From Gammaproteobacteria bacterium (GTDB lineage Bacteria > Pseudomonadota > Gammaproteobacteria > GCA-001735895), in NCBI GenBank assembly GCA_030595795.1, contig JAUVCH010000004.1, positions 4,502 through 68,501 of the forward strand: 64,000 nt of DNA, written 5' to 3'. The position numbers and the translations under genes are program-made. Each line of letters opens with the position of its first letter. Within the stretch, counting starts at the first letter, position 1. Positions 40,445 through 49,855 of the stretch are shown here, in pieces. Below the pieces are notes generated by a model that searched no databases, was not told the DNA's origin, and saw only the letters and a program-made list of their open reading frames with translations.

Positions 40445-41872
40445 ATGATTATCAGACATGAAAAAATGCGTATCGCTGGAAAACTGGTCGATAGCGATAC
40501 CAACCAGGTCGTTGAAGTTTTCAACCCCTATAACAACGAACTGGTGGGTACCGTACCCCGCGCCAGCCGCGAACAGGTTGCTAATGCTTTTGAAATTGCG
40601 GCTAACTACAAGCCCAAACTGACACGTTATGAGCGCCAGCAGATATTGACCAAAATTGCGCACATGATCGTTGAGCGCAAGGAAGAAATCTCTGACCTGA
40701 TTACCGCCGAATGCGGATTGAGCAAGAAAGACAGTATCTACGAAGTCGGTCGAGCATTCGATGTTTATAGCCTGGCGGGACAATTGTGTATCAACGATGA
40801 TGGGCAGATTTTCTCCTGCGATCTAACGCCGCATGGCAAACAACGAAAAATCTTTACGCAACGCGAGCCACTCACCGCGATCTCGGCGATCACCCCTTTC
40901 AACCATCCGTTGAACATGATCTCGCATAAGATTGCCCCCTCGATAGCGACCAATAACTGCATGGTAGCCAAACCTACCGAGCAAACACCTTTGACTGCAT
41001 TACTGTTGGCAGATATTTGCTACGAAGCCGGATTACCCCCCGAAATGTTATCCGTGGTCACCGGCTTGCCCGAAGATATGGGCAACGAAATGATCAACAA
41101 CAAGCATATTTCTCTGGTGACATTCACCGGTAGTGTCGGCGTTGGCAAGTTCATCGCTGAAAATGCAGGTTACAGAAGAACCGTACTGGAGCTCGGCGGC
41201 AATGCACCGCTCATCGTCATGGACGATGCCGATCTGGATAAAGCCGCCGAACTTGCAGTTGCTGGTGGCACCAAGAATTCCGGGCAGCGTTGTACTGCGG
41301 TTAAACGTGTCTTGTGTATCGATTCAGTCGCCGATGAATTCGCAGCGCTAGTTGCCGAAAAAGCCGCCAAACTGAAATACGGCGACCCGATGGATCCAGA
41401 CACCGATGTCGGTACGGTTATCAATGAACAATCCGCCATTCTGTTTCAGAACCGGGTTAACGATGCCATCGAAAAAGGCGCTAAACTGCTCTATGGCAAC
41501 GTGCGCGAAGGTGCGGTTTATTCGCCCACCGTACTCGACCATGTTCCCGCCGACTGCGAACTGGTTGTCGAAGAAACCTTCGGCCCACCGATTCCGATAA
41601 TCCGCGTGCGCGACATCGATCATGCAATCGAAGTCGCCAATTCGACAGCCTTCGGACTATCGTCGGGTGTCTGCACCAACCGCATGGACGACATTATTCG
41701 TTTCATCAACGAGCTAGAAACTGGCACCGTAAATATCTGGGAAGTACCAGGCTACCGCATCGAGATGTCACCGTTCGGCGGCATTAAGGATTCTGGTCTG
41801 GGCTATAAAGAAGGCGTAATCGAAGCGATGAATAGTTATACGACTGTTAAGACTTTCTCATTGCCGTGGTAG
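40445..41872 (+). CDS. phnY: Phosphonoacetaldehyde dehydrogenase (ALDH family)
   Basis: ALDH catalytic Cys (…GQRCTAVKR…) and the ELGGNAP motif; context. Confidence 0.8.
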   Translation: MIIRHEKMRIAGKLVDSDTNQVVEVFNPYNNELVGTVPRASREQVANAFEIAANYKPKLTRYERQQILTKIAHMIVERKEEISDLITAECGLSKKDSIYEVGRAFDVYSLAGQLCINDDGQIFSCDLTPHGKQRKIFTQREPLTAISAITPFNHPLNMISHKIAPSIATNNCMVAKPTEQTPLTALLLADICYEAGLPPEMLSVVTGLPEDMGNEMINNKHISLVTFTGSVGVGKFIAENAGYRRTVLELGGNAPLIVMDDADLDKAAELAVAGGTKNSGQRCTAVKRVLCIDSVADEFAALVAEKAAKLKYGDPMDPDTDVGTVINEQSAILFQNRVNDAIEKGAKLLYGNVREGAVYSPTVLDHVPADCELVVEETFGPPIPIIRVRDIDHAIEVANSTAFGLSSGVCTNRMDDIIRFINELETGTVNIWEVPGYRIEMSPFGGIKDSGLGYKEGVIEAMNSYTTVKTFSLPW

Positions 41873-41927
41873 AAGACTAAAGGGGAGGTCGTTTTTATAC
41901 GGCCTTTCCTACGGCCTTTACCGGGTA

Positions 41928-42500
41928 TTAAATTTGGATGAAATCGATGAATTGCTTCAATGCAGAAACGGTTTGGGGTAGTTGTTGCTTTTGAAGATTT
42001 GCTAAAAATTCTTCTTTCCCCATTGGTGGATACTTTAACGCTTCCCTCTGATTTTTTACCGCACTACAGGCTTTACCCGATGACAAGTCAATTTGATAGC
42101 AAATAAAATCGTCGGGGTGTATTACCTCTATTCCAAATTTAGACAAAATATCATCTGGGAAATCTTTTAAATTAAAAGTCACAATCGCATCGGCATTACA
42201 TTTAATAGCAGCTGCTACAACATGACGGTCATCAGGGTCTGGAAGCTCGAAAGTATTAATTAAATCTTCGTATCCCTGAACCTTAGCATCACGGACATTG
42301 GCATCCATCAAGTCGCGTATTCTCTCTAACTTTTCACGTTTAAATTTGTCTTTTCTTAATAATGCATTAATCCATTCTTCATGTATTTGATCTGTCCATT
42401 GGGCCTTAAATAAATCTGTTAATGCTAAACGCATCAACAGATCTCTTAACGGCGCAGGATATAAAACACAAGCATCATAGACAACAGAGAATTTTGACAC
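41928..42500 (-). CDS. PIN-domain protein, putative toxin, with about 60 aa of C-terminal extension
   Basis: …VVYDACVLYPAPLRDLLMRL… PIN N-terminal strand with acidic residues; overlaps the upstream HTH gene. Confidence 0.7.
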   Translation of the reverse strand: MSKFSVVYDACVLYPAPLRDLLMRLALTDLFKAQWTDQIHEEWINALLRKDKFKREKLERIRDLMDANVRDAKVQGYEDLINTFELPDPDDRHVVAAAIKCNADAIVTFNLKDFPDDILSKFGIEVIHPDDFICYQIDLSSGKACSAVKNQREALKYPPMGKEEFLANLQKQQLPQTVSALKQFIDFIQI

Positions 42501-42973
42501 TACTCATATCCCATGCCTAGTTTTTGGGACTCTACGGCGAGCTGATCTAATGTTGCCATTCTTTCAGTGTCTATTCGTTGTTTATAGTCAAAAACATTTT
42601 TAGCGAGTACCCTGCGGTGCGTGCCGACCTTGTGAAAATCTATTTCGCCTTTTTCAAGCAATCCAACAAGAAAAGGCCTACTAACATTTAAAATATTCGC
42701 AGCATCCTGAGTGCTCAATTCTGCATGTATAGGCATTATGCCTATGGCATTGCCTCGAGACATTTCTGATAAAACATCTAAGAGAAGTTGCAAAGCATGG
42801 CCTGGTAAAACTAATTCATCACTCTGATCATTACTTCCTTTAATACTTAAATGAACCCGATCTGCGTCAGCGTACTTTGATAAAGTCCTGCTTGAAAGCT
42901 TCGCCTCTTCTATCTCCTGGGCAGTTGGTATTTGAACAACGTTATTTGAAGATGACATGACTATTCCCCACAT
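42500..42973 (-). CDS. Excisionase/MerR-like HTH DNA-binding protein, putative antitoxin partner
   Basis: C-terminal helix-turn-helix (…LSTQDAANILNVSRPFLVGLLEKGEIDFHKVGTHRRV…); its stop and the PIN gene start share coordinate 42500. Confidence 0.65.
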   Translation of the reverse strand: MWGIVMSSSNNVVQIPTAQEIEEAKLSSRTLSKYADADRVHLSIKGSNDQSDELVLPGHALQLLLDVLSEMSRGNAIGIMPIHAELSTQDAANILNVSRPFLVGLLEKGEIDFHKVGTHRRVLAKNVFDYKQRIDTERMATLDQLAVESQKLGMGYE

Positions 42974-43047
42974 AAAATAGTAAATTTAAATTCTGTACAG
43001 AGAGCTTAGCATAAACGAAATAAACGAAACAGGGGTAGAGAAGGCAC

Positions 43048-43194
43048 CATCATTCGCTTCTTCAATGAACTGGAGATCGGCACCGTGGATATCTGGGAAG
43101 CACGTGGCTATTGCATCGAAATGTCACCGTTTGGTGGCATTAAGGGTTCTGGTCTTGGTTGTAAGGAAGGGGTTATTGAGGTTATGAATAGTTA
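43048..43194 (+). pseudogene. Diverged duplicate of the 3' end of phnY (last ~48 codons, ending MNS*)
   Basis: About 80% nucleotide identity to 41700-41846. It translates to …[47 protein letters not shown], against phnY …[48 protein letters not shown]…. Confidence 0.65.
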
Positions 43195-43231
43195 AATGCA
43201 TATTCTAGCGATCGTGAACACCTGATTTTCC

Positions 43232-43352
43232 ACGCATTGGGCTGATCGGCCAGTAAATCGTTGGGAAACTCGATATCGGCCTTATCAACTTCATCGATGA
43301 GTAAAATAACCTGTTCGTCCGATTCAAAGGCCTCCCACACCTTTCCCGACCC
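43232..43352 (-). pseudogene. Fragment resembling an AAA_5 (MoxR/CbbQ-like) ATPase Walker-B segment, with no start codon
   Basis: The reverse-strand translation reads …VILLIDEVDKADIEFPNDLL…, flanked by stops and lacking an initiator. Confidence 0.3.
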
Positions 43353-43425
43353 CTCAACCTAACCTTCTCCCCACGGGAGAAGGAAATTACGAGCGAAATT
43401 CGTTAATTAACGCTACAAGGCTAGA

Positions 43426-43875
43426 TTAAGGCCTGGTAGCAACAGCAGCAAACTTGCCCAACGCACCGGTCAGCTTTTTAATCACGGCTTTGCATCCGGG
43501 TAGTCGATGACGATTAATCAAAAAAGCAGGTTTATTGTAAGACAGCCAAACCTGCCCGCCGCCGTCTTTCCAGATCATCGCCTTTTGCGGCAAATCGATC
43601 GCTATCGTTTGCGCGCACTGCATCAACTTCGAGCCAATTTTGGGATTACCGAAAATCACCAACTCGGTCGGTCGCAATTTATTACCCACCGACGCGGCTC
43701 CAGCAGCATGATCGATGCGATTGAATATGGTCATGCCTTTTTTCTTCAGTACAGCTTCGAGCCGATTGGCTGTAGTTTTCACGTTGTGCGAACTTTTCAC
43801 ACTAACCAGCCCATTACCGGCCTGGGCCAATCCTGAGACAAACATCAAAATCAGTACAGGTATCAATTTTTTCAT
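43426..43875 (-). CDS. DUF302 domain periplasmic protein
   Basis: Signal peptide plus DUF302-like core. Confidence 0.7.
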   Translation of the reverse strand: MKKLIPVLILMFVSGLAQAGNGLVSVKSSHNVKTTANRLEAVLKKKGMTIFNRIDHAAGAASVGNKLRPTELVIFGNPKIGSKLMQCAQTIAIDLPQKAMIWKDGGGQVWLSYNKPAFLINRHRLPGCKAVIKKLTGALGKFAAVATRP

Positions 43876-44090
43876 TTTCTATCCTCCGTATTGTGAGGGC
43901 TTAGTCTACATCAAATTATACTTGCCCGCTTATAGCCTAATCGCTACACTCGCAATCCGCTGGTAGCGATGGCGTCGCTACCGTTTCGCGTAATCGATGA
44001 ACTGCTATTGCAGAATTTTGATCCTGTACGCCCGGATAAACTTCCCGGGTAATTTAAATGCGTTACCCGGCTACGACTTCGGAGTAACTT

Positions 44091-45314
44091 ATGTCTCAAT
44101 CGCACACCGTTCGACCTGAATTTTTCGAATTACAAAACGGGCCTAAAGCCAACTTACCTTTTTCTAACGCCGAATACGAAGCGCGTCTCAGCAATCTACG
44201 TCAACTCATGGAAAGCTCTGGTGTCGAGGCCATGGTGCTGACCTCGATGCACAATATTGCCTATTACTCTGGTTTTCTCTATTGCTCGTTTGGTCGCCCC
44301 TACGCCTGTGTTGTCACCTCTACCCGTTGCGTCACGGTATCGGCCAATATTGATGGCGGCCAGCCCTGGCGTCGCAGCTACGGTGAAAATATTATTTATA
44401 CCGACTGGCAGCGCAGTAACTACTGGCGTGCGGTGAAATCGATTATCCCAAATGCCAGGACCATTGGAATCGAAGGCGACCACATGACGCTGGCCTCGCG
44501 CGAAACCATGAATGACTTTTTAGGCGATGTTAAAGCAAGCGACCTGAATGCCGAAATCATGAAATTACGCCTGATCAAATCCGCCGAAGAAATCGAACTC
44601 ATCAAAGGTGGTGCCCGAACCGCTGATATCGGTGGCGAAGCGATCCATGCCGCGATTAAAGAAAGTACGCGCGAAATCGATGTCGCCATGGCCGGTCGCG
44701 ACGCGATGGAACTGGAAATCTCGAAGTCTTACCCCGACAGCGAACTACGTGATAGCTGGGTCTGGTTCCAGGCCGGACTAAATACCGATGGCGCGCACAA
44801 CCCGGTCACCACGGCAAAACTAAAAATGGGTGATATTCTCAGCCTGAATACCTTCCCGATGATTTCGGGATACTACACTGCGCTGGAACGTACTCTTTTC
44901 CTCGGTGAACCCGATGCCGATTCCCTGCGTATCTGGCAAGCCAATGTTGGTGCCCACGAACTTGGCCTGTCCTTGATCAAGCCAGGGGTTACCTGTTCCG
45001 GCATCTGTGCCGAGATTAATCGATATTTCGAAGAGCTGAATCTGTTGCAATACCGCTCGTTCGGTTACGGCCACTCGTTTGGCATTCTCTCGCATTACTA
45101 TGGCCGCGAAGCCGGTCTCGAACTGCGTGAAGATATCGATACCGAACTGGTACCAGGCATGGTGGTTTCGATGGAACCGATGTTGACTCTTCCGCTTGGA
45201 ACTCCGGGTGCTGGTGGTTATCGTGAGCACGATATTCTGGTGATTGGTGAAGATAGTGTTGAAAATATCACTAAGTTCCCTTATGGGCCGGGGCATAACA
45301 TCATTAACGCCTAG
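44091..45314 (+). CDS. Creatinase (creatine amidinohydrolase), M24 family with a creatinase N-terminal domain
   Basis: Near-identical blocks to what I recall of Pseudomonas putida creatinase: …FLYCSFGRPYA…, …ANIDGGQPWRR…, …NTDGAHNPVTT…, …FGYGHSFG.LSHYYGREAGLELREDIDT…, …GAGGYREHDIL…, …NITKFPYGP…. Confidence 0.8.
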   Translation: MSQSHTVRPEFFELQNGPKANLPFSNAEYEARLSNLRQLMESSGVEAMVLTSMHNIAYYSGFLYCSFGRPYACVVTSTRCVTVSANIDGGQPWRRSYGENIIYTDWQRSNYWRAVKSIIPNARTIGIEGDHMTLASRETMNDFLGDVKASDLNAEIMKLRLIKSAEEIELIKGGARTADIGGEAIHAAIKESTREIDVAMAGRDAMELEISKSYPDSELRDSWVWFQAGLNTDGAHNPVTTAKLKMGDILSLNTFPMISGYYTALERTLFLGEPDADSLRIWQANVGAHELGLSLIKPGVTCSGICAEINRYFEELNLLQYRSFGYGHSFGILSHYYGREAGLELREDIDTELVPGMVVSMEPMLTLPLGTPGAGGYREHDILVIGEDSVENITKFPYGPGHNIINA

Positions 45315-45341
45315 TATAATTGCCTACTATCTGGTAAATCA

Positions 45342-45369
45342 GGGCTGGAATCGGTTCCAGCCCTTTTGT
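45342..45369 (+). terminator. Rho-independent terminator after the creatinase gene
   Basis: GGGCTGGAA-tcgg-TTCCAGCCC hairpin followed by TTTTGT. Confidence 0.6.
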
Positions 45370-45445
45370 CCAGCCCCCCATCCATGTAGAATCGCGTTTT
45401 ATTTTCATCAGGCAACAACCGCTTGCCGAACCAGGTTACACATTC

Positions 45446-47194
45446 TTGAAACAGACCATCCACGATCTGATCGAAGTTGCACTTAACGACATGCAAAAAA
45501 ACGGGCAGTTGTCCGATGATCTCAAAATCAATATCCAGGTCACCGCGACTAAAGATCGCAGTCAGGGTGACTTTGCCAGCAATATCGCAATGACTTTAGC
45601 GAAACAGGCAGGCCAACCTCCACGGCAACTGGCAGAAATGCTCGTCAGACAACTGGCTGACCACGACAGCATCGACAAGGTCGAAGTCGCCGGGCCCGGC
45701 TTTATCAATTTTTTCGTCGCCAGCGATGCCAGTCATTCGGTGATCAGCACTATCCTGCAACAGGGCGAGCAATACGGCCAAAGCAAGCACGGCAAGGGTG
45801 AAAAAATTCAGATCGAATTTGTTTCCGCCAACCCCACTGGGCCGTTGCACGTCGGTCACGGACGCGGCGCAGCCTATGGCGCGACACTGGCCAATATCCT
45901 GCGTTATGTCGGTTACGAGGTGCAGTGCGAATATTACGTTAATGACGCCGGTCGGCAGATGGACATCCTCGGCACGTCCGTCTGGTTGCGTTATCTCGAA
46001 CTCTGCGGCGTTGAAATCACATTCCCCAGCAATGGCTATCAGGGCGACTATGTCTGGGATATTGCTGCGACCCTGCATCGGGAAAACGGCGAACGCTTTC
46101 AACACAGCAGTGAAGCAGTCTTCAACAAAGTCTGCAGCGATGCCCCGCTGGGCGACAAGGAAAAACATATCGACGATTTAATCGCCAATGCTCAGGCCCT
46201 GCTCGGCGACGACTATCGGGTAGTATTCGATCTGGCCTTAAATACTCTAGTCGATGTCATCCGTAAAGACTTACACGCCTTCGGCGTCGATTACGACGAA
46301 TGGTTTTCCGAACGGTCGTTAGCCGACCAGGGTTTACTGGAAGCTGCGATCAAACAGCTCAACGAAAACGGCCACATTTACGAAAAAGACGGTGCTTTGT
46401 GGTTCCGGGGTACTGAGCTAGGCGACGAGAAGGATCGTGTCGTACAACGCGATAACGGTCAGACCACTTATTTTGCCTCTGACATTGCTTACCACAAAAA
46501 TAAACTGGATCGTGGCTTCGATCGCGTCATCAATATCTGGGGTGCCGACCACCACGGATATATCGCGCGGGTTAAAGCATCGCTAACAGCGCTTGGTTAC
46601 GATGCCGACCGACTCGAAATCCAGTTGGTACAATTCGCCAACCTGTACGAAGATGGCAAAAAAATGTCGATGTCGACTCGCTCCGGTGAATTCGTCACGC
46701 TCAAGCAACTGCGCAAAGACGTCGGCAAAGATGCGGCGCGTTTCTTTTACGTGATGCGCAAGGCCGATCAACACATGGACTTCGACCTCGACCTGGCCCG
46801 CGATCAATCCAGCGATAATCCGGTTTATTATCTGCAATATGCCTACGCGCGGATATGCAGTGTGAAACGCCAGTGCCGGGAGAAAGAGTTGGTAATTTCT
46901 GTCGAATCAGCGAATTTATCGCGCCTCGACAATGATCACGAACTCGAATTGATCAAGCAGTTAAATCTTTACCCCGAACGCGTACATAGTTCCGCCATGC
47001 GTCGTGAGCCGCATATCGTGGTGAATTACATGCGCGATCTGGCCAACCAGTTTCATTCCTGGTACAACGCGCACCAGTTTATCGTCGACGATGTCGAATT
47101 GCGCGACGCTCGTATGGCACTCGCCACGGCAGTCGGACAGGTGATGATTAACGGTCTCACCTTGATGGGTGTGTCTGCACCGGAAAAGATGTAA
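45446..47194 (+). CDS. argS: Arginine--tRNA ligase
   Basis: HIGH-type motif (…PTGPLHVGHGR…), KMSKS-type (…KMSMSTRSG…), and the N-terminal anticodon-recognition 'Arg_tRNA_synt_N' region. Confidence 0.95.
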   Translation: MKQTIHDLIEVALNDMQKNGQLSDDLKINIQVTATKDRSQGDFASNIAMTLAKQAGQPPRQLAEMLVRQLADHDSIDKVEVAGPGFINFFVASDASHSVISTILQQGEQYGQSKHGKGEKIQIEFVSANPTGPLHVGHGRGAAYGATLANILRYVGYEVQCEYYVNDAGRQMDILGTSVWLRYLELCGVEITFPSNGYQGDYVWDIAATLHRENGERFQHSSEAVFNKVCSDAPLGDKEKHIDDLIANAQALLGDDYRVVFDLALNTLVDVIRKDLHAFGVDYDEWFSERSLADQGLLEAAIKQLNENGHIYEKDGALWFRGTELGDEKDRVVQRDNGQTTYFASDIAYHKNKLDRGFDRVINIWGADHHGYIARVKASLTALGYDADRLEIQLVQFANLYEDGKKMSMSTRSGEFVTLKQLRKDVGKDAARFFYVMRKADQHMDFDLDLARDQSSDNPVYYLQYAYARICSVKRQCREKELVISVESANLSRLDNDHELELIKQLNLYPERVHSSAMRREPHIVVNYMRDLANQFHSWYNAHQFIVDDVELRDARMALATAVGQVMINGLTLMGVSAPEKM

Positions 47195-47688
47195 TGGCGA
47201 CTGAAAAATCAAATTCCCCCTGGGTCTGGGTCTTCCTGTTTTTGATGTTGGCGTTCTTCGCAGCGTTTATTATTTTTCTCGACCAGAAGCTGGTAGGGAA
47301 TAGCGTATCGACGCCGGTCGAAAAACAGGATCAGGATAGAACCAAACCGACCTTCGATTTTTATTCGATATTACCCGACCGCAAGGTTGAAATTCCGGTC
47401 AGTGAGGCCGAGCAGGAAGCGATCAAAAACCCCTCGATCAATAAAACATCCGGTGATCAGGCGCTATTACAGGTTGGTTCCTTCCAGGATTCCGAGGACG
47501 CCGAACGACTAAAGGCTGAACTGGCATTTCTGGGCCTGGAAGCTAGTGTAAAACCCGCAGAGGTGAATGACGACATCTGGCACCGGGTTCAAATCGGGCC
47601 ATTTCCAAGCGAAACCGCCCTCTCACGCGCGCAGAATTTATTGTTGGAAAATAATATAAAATACGTGCAGCGGAGTATGCCGCAGTAA
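47194..47688 (+). CDS. SPOR domain-containing protein (FtsN/DedD-like)
   Basis: N-terminal TM helix, low-complexity linker, C-terminal SPOR (…LLQVGSFQDSEDAERLKAEL…HRVQIGPF…). Confidence 0.8.
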   Translation: MATEKSNSPWVWVFLFLMLAFFAAFIIFLDQKLVGNSVSTPVEKQDQDRTKPTFDFYSILPDRKVEIPVSEAEQEAIKNPSINKTSGDQALLQVGSFQDSEDAERLKAELAFLGLEASVKPAEVNDDIWHRVQIGPFPSETALSRAQNLLLENNIKYVQRSMPQ

Positions 47689-47829
47689 GGGCGGGGTCAT
47701 TGGAATATGGGCTTGCGTAAGCCTCTTCTAATAGTTGTTTTAGCGAGGCTTTGATGCTCCTTTTTTTACTTGCCATTGTATATACATTGTATATACTTAA
47801 ATGTATTCAATGTAGATCCGGTGATTGCG

Positions 47830-48096
47830 ATGCGAGTAAATAGTGAAATTAGTCAGTGGGGTAACGGTTTGGCTGTAAGGTTGAACCGATCGGTTATTGA
47901 CGCCGCCAACCTAACTAAAGGCTGTAAAGTGCAGATTGAGGTAGATAAAACAGGGGTTCATATTAGTCCGGTTAAGGCAAAGAAAACAAGGTTACGGCTC
48001 CCGCTCAGTGAGGCTTCATTGCTTGCTAAGATAACGCCTGAGCTGGCTCATGCTGACGAACTGGCCCAGCCTTTATCTGACGAAGTGGGCGACTAA
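47830..48096 (+). CDS. MazE/AbrB-family antitoxin
   Basis: MRVNSEISQWGNGLAVRL… swapped-hairpin fold N-terminus. The track ORF begins at 47770, but the internal Met is more likely. Confidence 0.7.
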   Translation: MRVNSEISQWGNGLAVRLNRSVIDAANLTKGCKVQIEVDKTGVHISPVKAKKTRLRLPLSEASLLAKITPELAHADELAQPLSDEVGD

Positions 48097-48461
48097 TGGC
48101 GTCAAAATATATCCCTGAGCGTAAGGATATTATCATGCTTGATTTTGAACCTACTAAAGGGAAAGAAATCGGTAAGTATCGTCCGGCTATAGTGTTGAGC
48201 AGTAAGTTCTACAACAAAAAAACAGGATTACTTATATGTTGCCCGATAAGCACTAGCATACGCGGAGGATCTACCGAAGTTCCGGTAAATAACATCGATC
48301 ATCCTTCCGTTGTTGCGGCAAGCCTGGTGCAAACCTTTTCCTGGGGTGCCAGAAAAGCCAAGAAGATAGCAATTGCTGAAGAGGGTGTTTTTGAAGCAGT
48401 ACTTTTACGCCTTCTCCCGTTGCTAGGCACGGAAGAAATATTAGACGAGTTAACTGAATAA
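48096..48461 (+). CDS. MazF/PemK-family endoribonuclease toxin
   Basis: …KYRPAIVLSS…LLICCPISTS… PemK core; ATGGCG overlaps the antitoxin stop. Confidence 0.8.
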   Translation: MASKYIPERKDIIMLDFEPTKGKEIGKYRPAIVLSSKFYNKKTGLLICCPISTSIRGGSTEVPVNNIDHPSVVAASLVQTFSWGARKAKKIAIAEEGVFEAVLLRLLPLLGTEEILDELTE

Positions 48462-48496
48462 GGACGTATTCTTTATGGAAAAAATCACAATGTATT

Positions 48497-48856
48497 CTAG
48501 GGGCACGTTTTGTTTTCTTCCTGCAGGTTTTCCCCACGCCGGGCAGGTGTGACCAGGGTTCTGTGTTTGCTATTTGGGGCGAATACGTCGTGAAAACGCG
48601 TCAGATTGACTCGCGGTTTCGGTACCAGTGAGGCCAGTTTCGATATGAAATCCAGCGGCTCAAAGATCACATGGGTCGTGCCGTCTCTGTAGGGTGTTTT
48701 GAGCTGGTAGCGGATGTTGCCTGCTGATGTTAACGAAAGTCGTTTTTCCGATATGGAAGGGCGTGATATGTAACGGCACAACCTTTCCAGTTTGTCGCGC
48801 TCCCAAGCCTGAGCGGGAGGTGTAGTGGCTTGAATTGGGCAATTTTGGTTACTCAT
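48497..48856 (-). mobile_element. C-terminal fragment of an IS91/ISCR-family (Y2 HUH) transposase; remnant
   Basis: …LCRYISRPSISEKRL…IRYQLKTPYRDGTTHVIFEPLDFISKLASLVPKPRVNLTRFHDVFAPNSK… parallels the conserved C-terminal block of ISCR/IS91 transposases (…ARYLSRPPLSNERL…VRFE.KDY…F…L…V.P……IRHYGLLAN…). Only about 119 aa remain; the catalytic core is absent. Confidence 0.5.
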
Positions 48857-49332
48857 ACTTTGTATATGCAGATGCGGTAATGCTTATCAAATTCTATTAA
48901 TAAGTAAATCATTATATAACAATATAATGATAATTTAAATATATTCAACTGACAGCAAGTGATATCGCAACTTGTCGATATAACATACAGATAACTATGT
49001 AATCGGTTAGTGTCAGTTGATCTCAACGTGGATGCAATTGGCCCTGACCCTGATCGACTTTGTTAGCGAAGGGTATTTGGCTTTACAACAATTTTCAGGT
49101 TTTCACTAACGACTGAAACAAATTGGAGTAATTTAACTAGCTCGAGAACATCTGGCCTAGGGGCTAAAGGAAAGGCGCGACGGCAATTGATGCCGATACT
49201 GTAAAGATGCCGCAAACGCGGATTTCGTGATCAAAGCAGTTCTGGCGGTGCGCGAGACCCTGATCGAGGTGTTCGGGTCGGCTTGATGAAATCTGTTCAC
49301 CTGATGTAGTGCTGGCGTCCACTTCGGGTCAG

Positions 49333-49535
49333 CCCATCAACCGAATGGTCGAGACCTGGCGCACCCATATCAACAACAAAACGGAAAAATCATCATTGAC
49401 GGTTCCCGGTGGTACTTCAATAACCAGTGGCCCGGTCTTTTCTAAATCGAATGCATTGAAGGCATAAACAGTATCGGTGTTAGCGGTAAGAAACAGTGGA
49501 TTTGAAAGTAATGCGTCTAAATAATGCTTTAAAAA
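49333..49535 (-). pseudogene. Fragment of a DUF1254-family gene, with no start
   Basis: The reverse-strand translation …HYLDALLSNPLFLTANTDTVYAFNAFDLEKTGPLVIEVPPGT… matches the DUF1254 core (…PN.DT.Y..A.LDL..GP.VL.VPD…). It lies in a non-coding AT-rich stretch. Confidence 0.3.
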
Positions 49536-49855
49536 TCAATATTCTTAAGCTCTAAAAGTAAACCCTACAAAAACCTTACAAATCCAGTTATATTTAAGTA
49601 CTTACAGTTACTAGGATTTGGCATAGCTAAACAGACTGAGCGCGTAAATATAACAGATGATTTACACATCAATAAGCAGGCTGATTCTAAGCGTTGGCTA
49701 GCTAAGTTTAAAATAGGCAAAACGTGGCTAACTAAGACCACTAAAGACAAGTTGAATTAATCAGATCCTTGTAGTCTGTCGCCTCTTATTGGATGGACTT
49801 CCCAGACTTAAAGTGTTTGAGACATTAATTTCATAGATAAAATCCGTCTGTTCAA

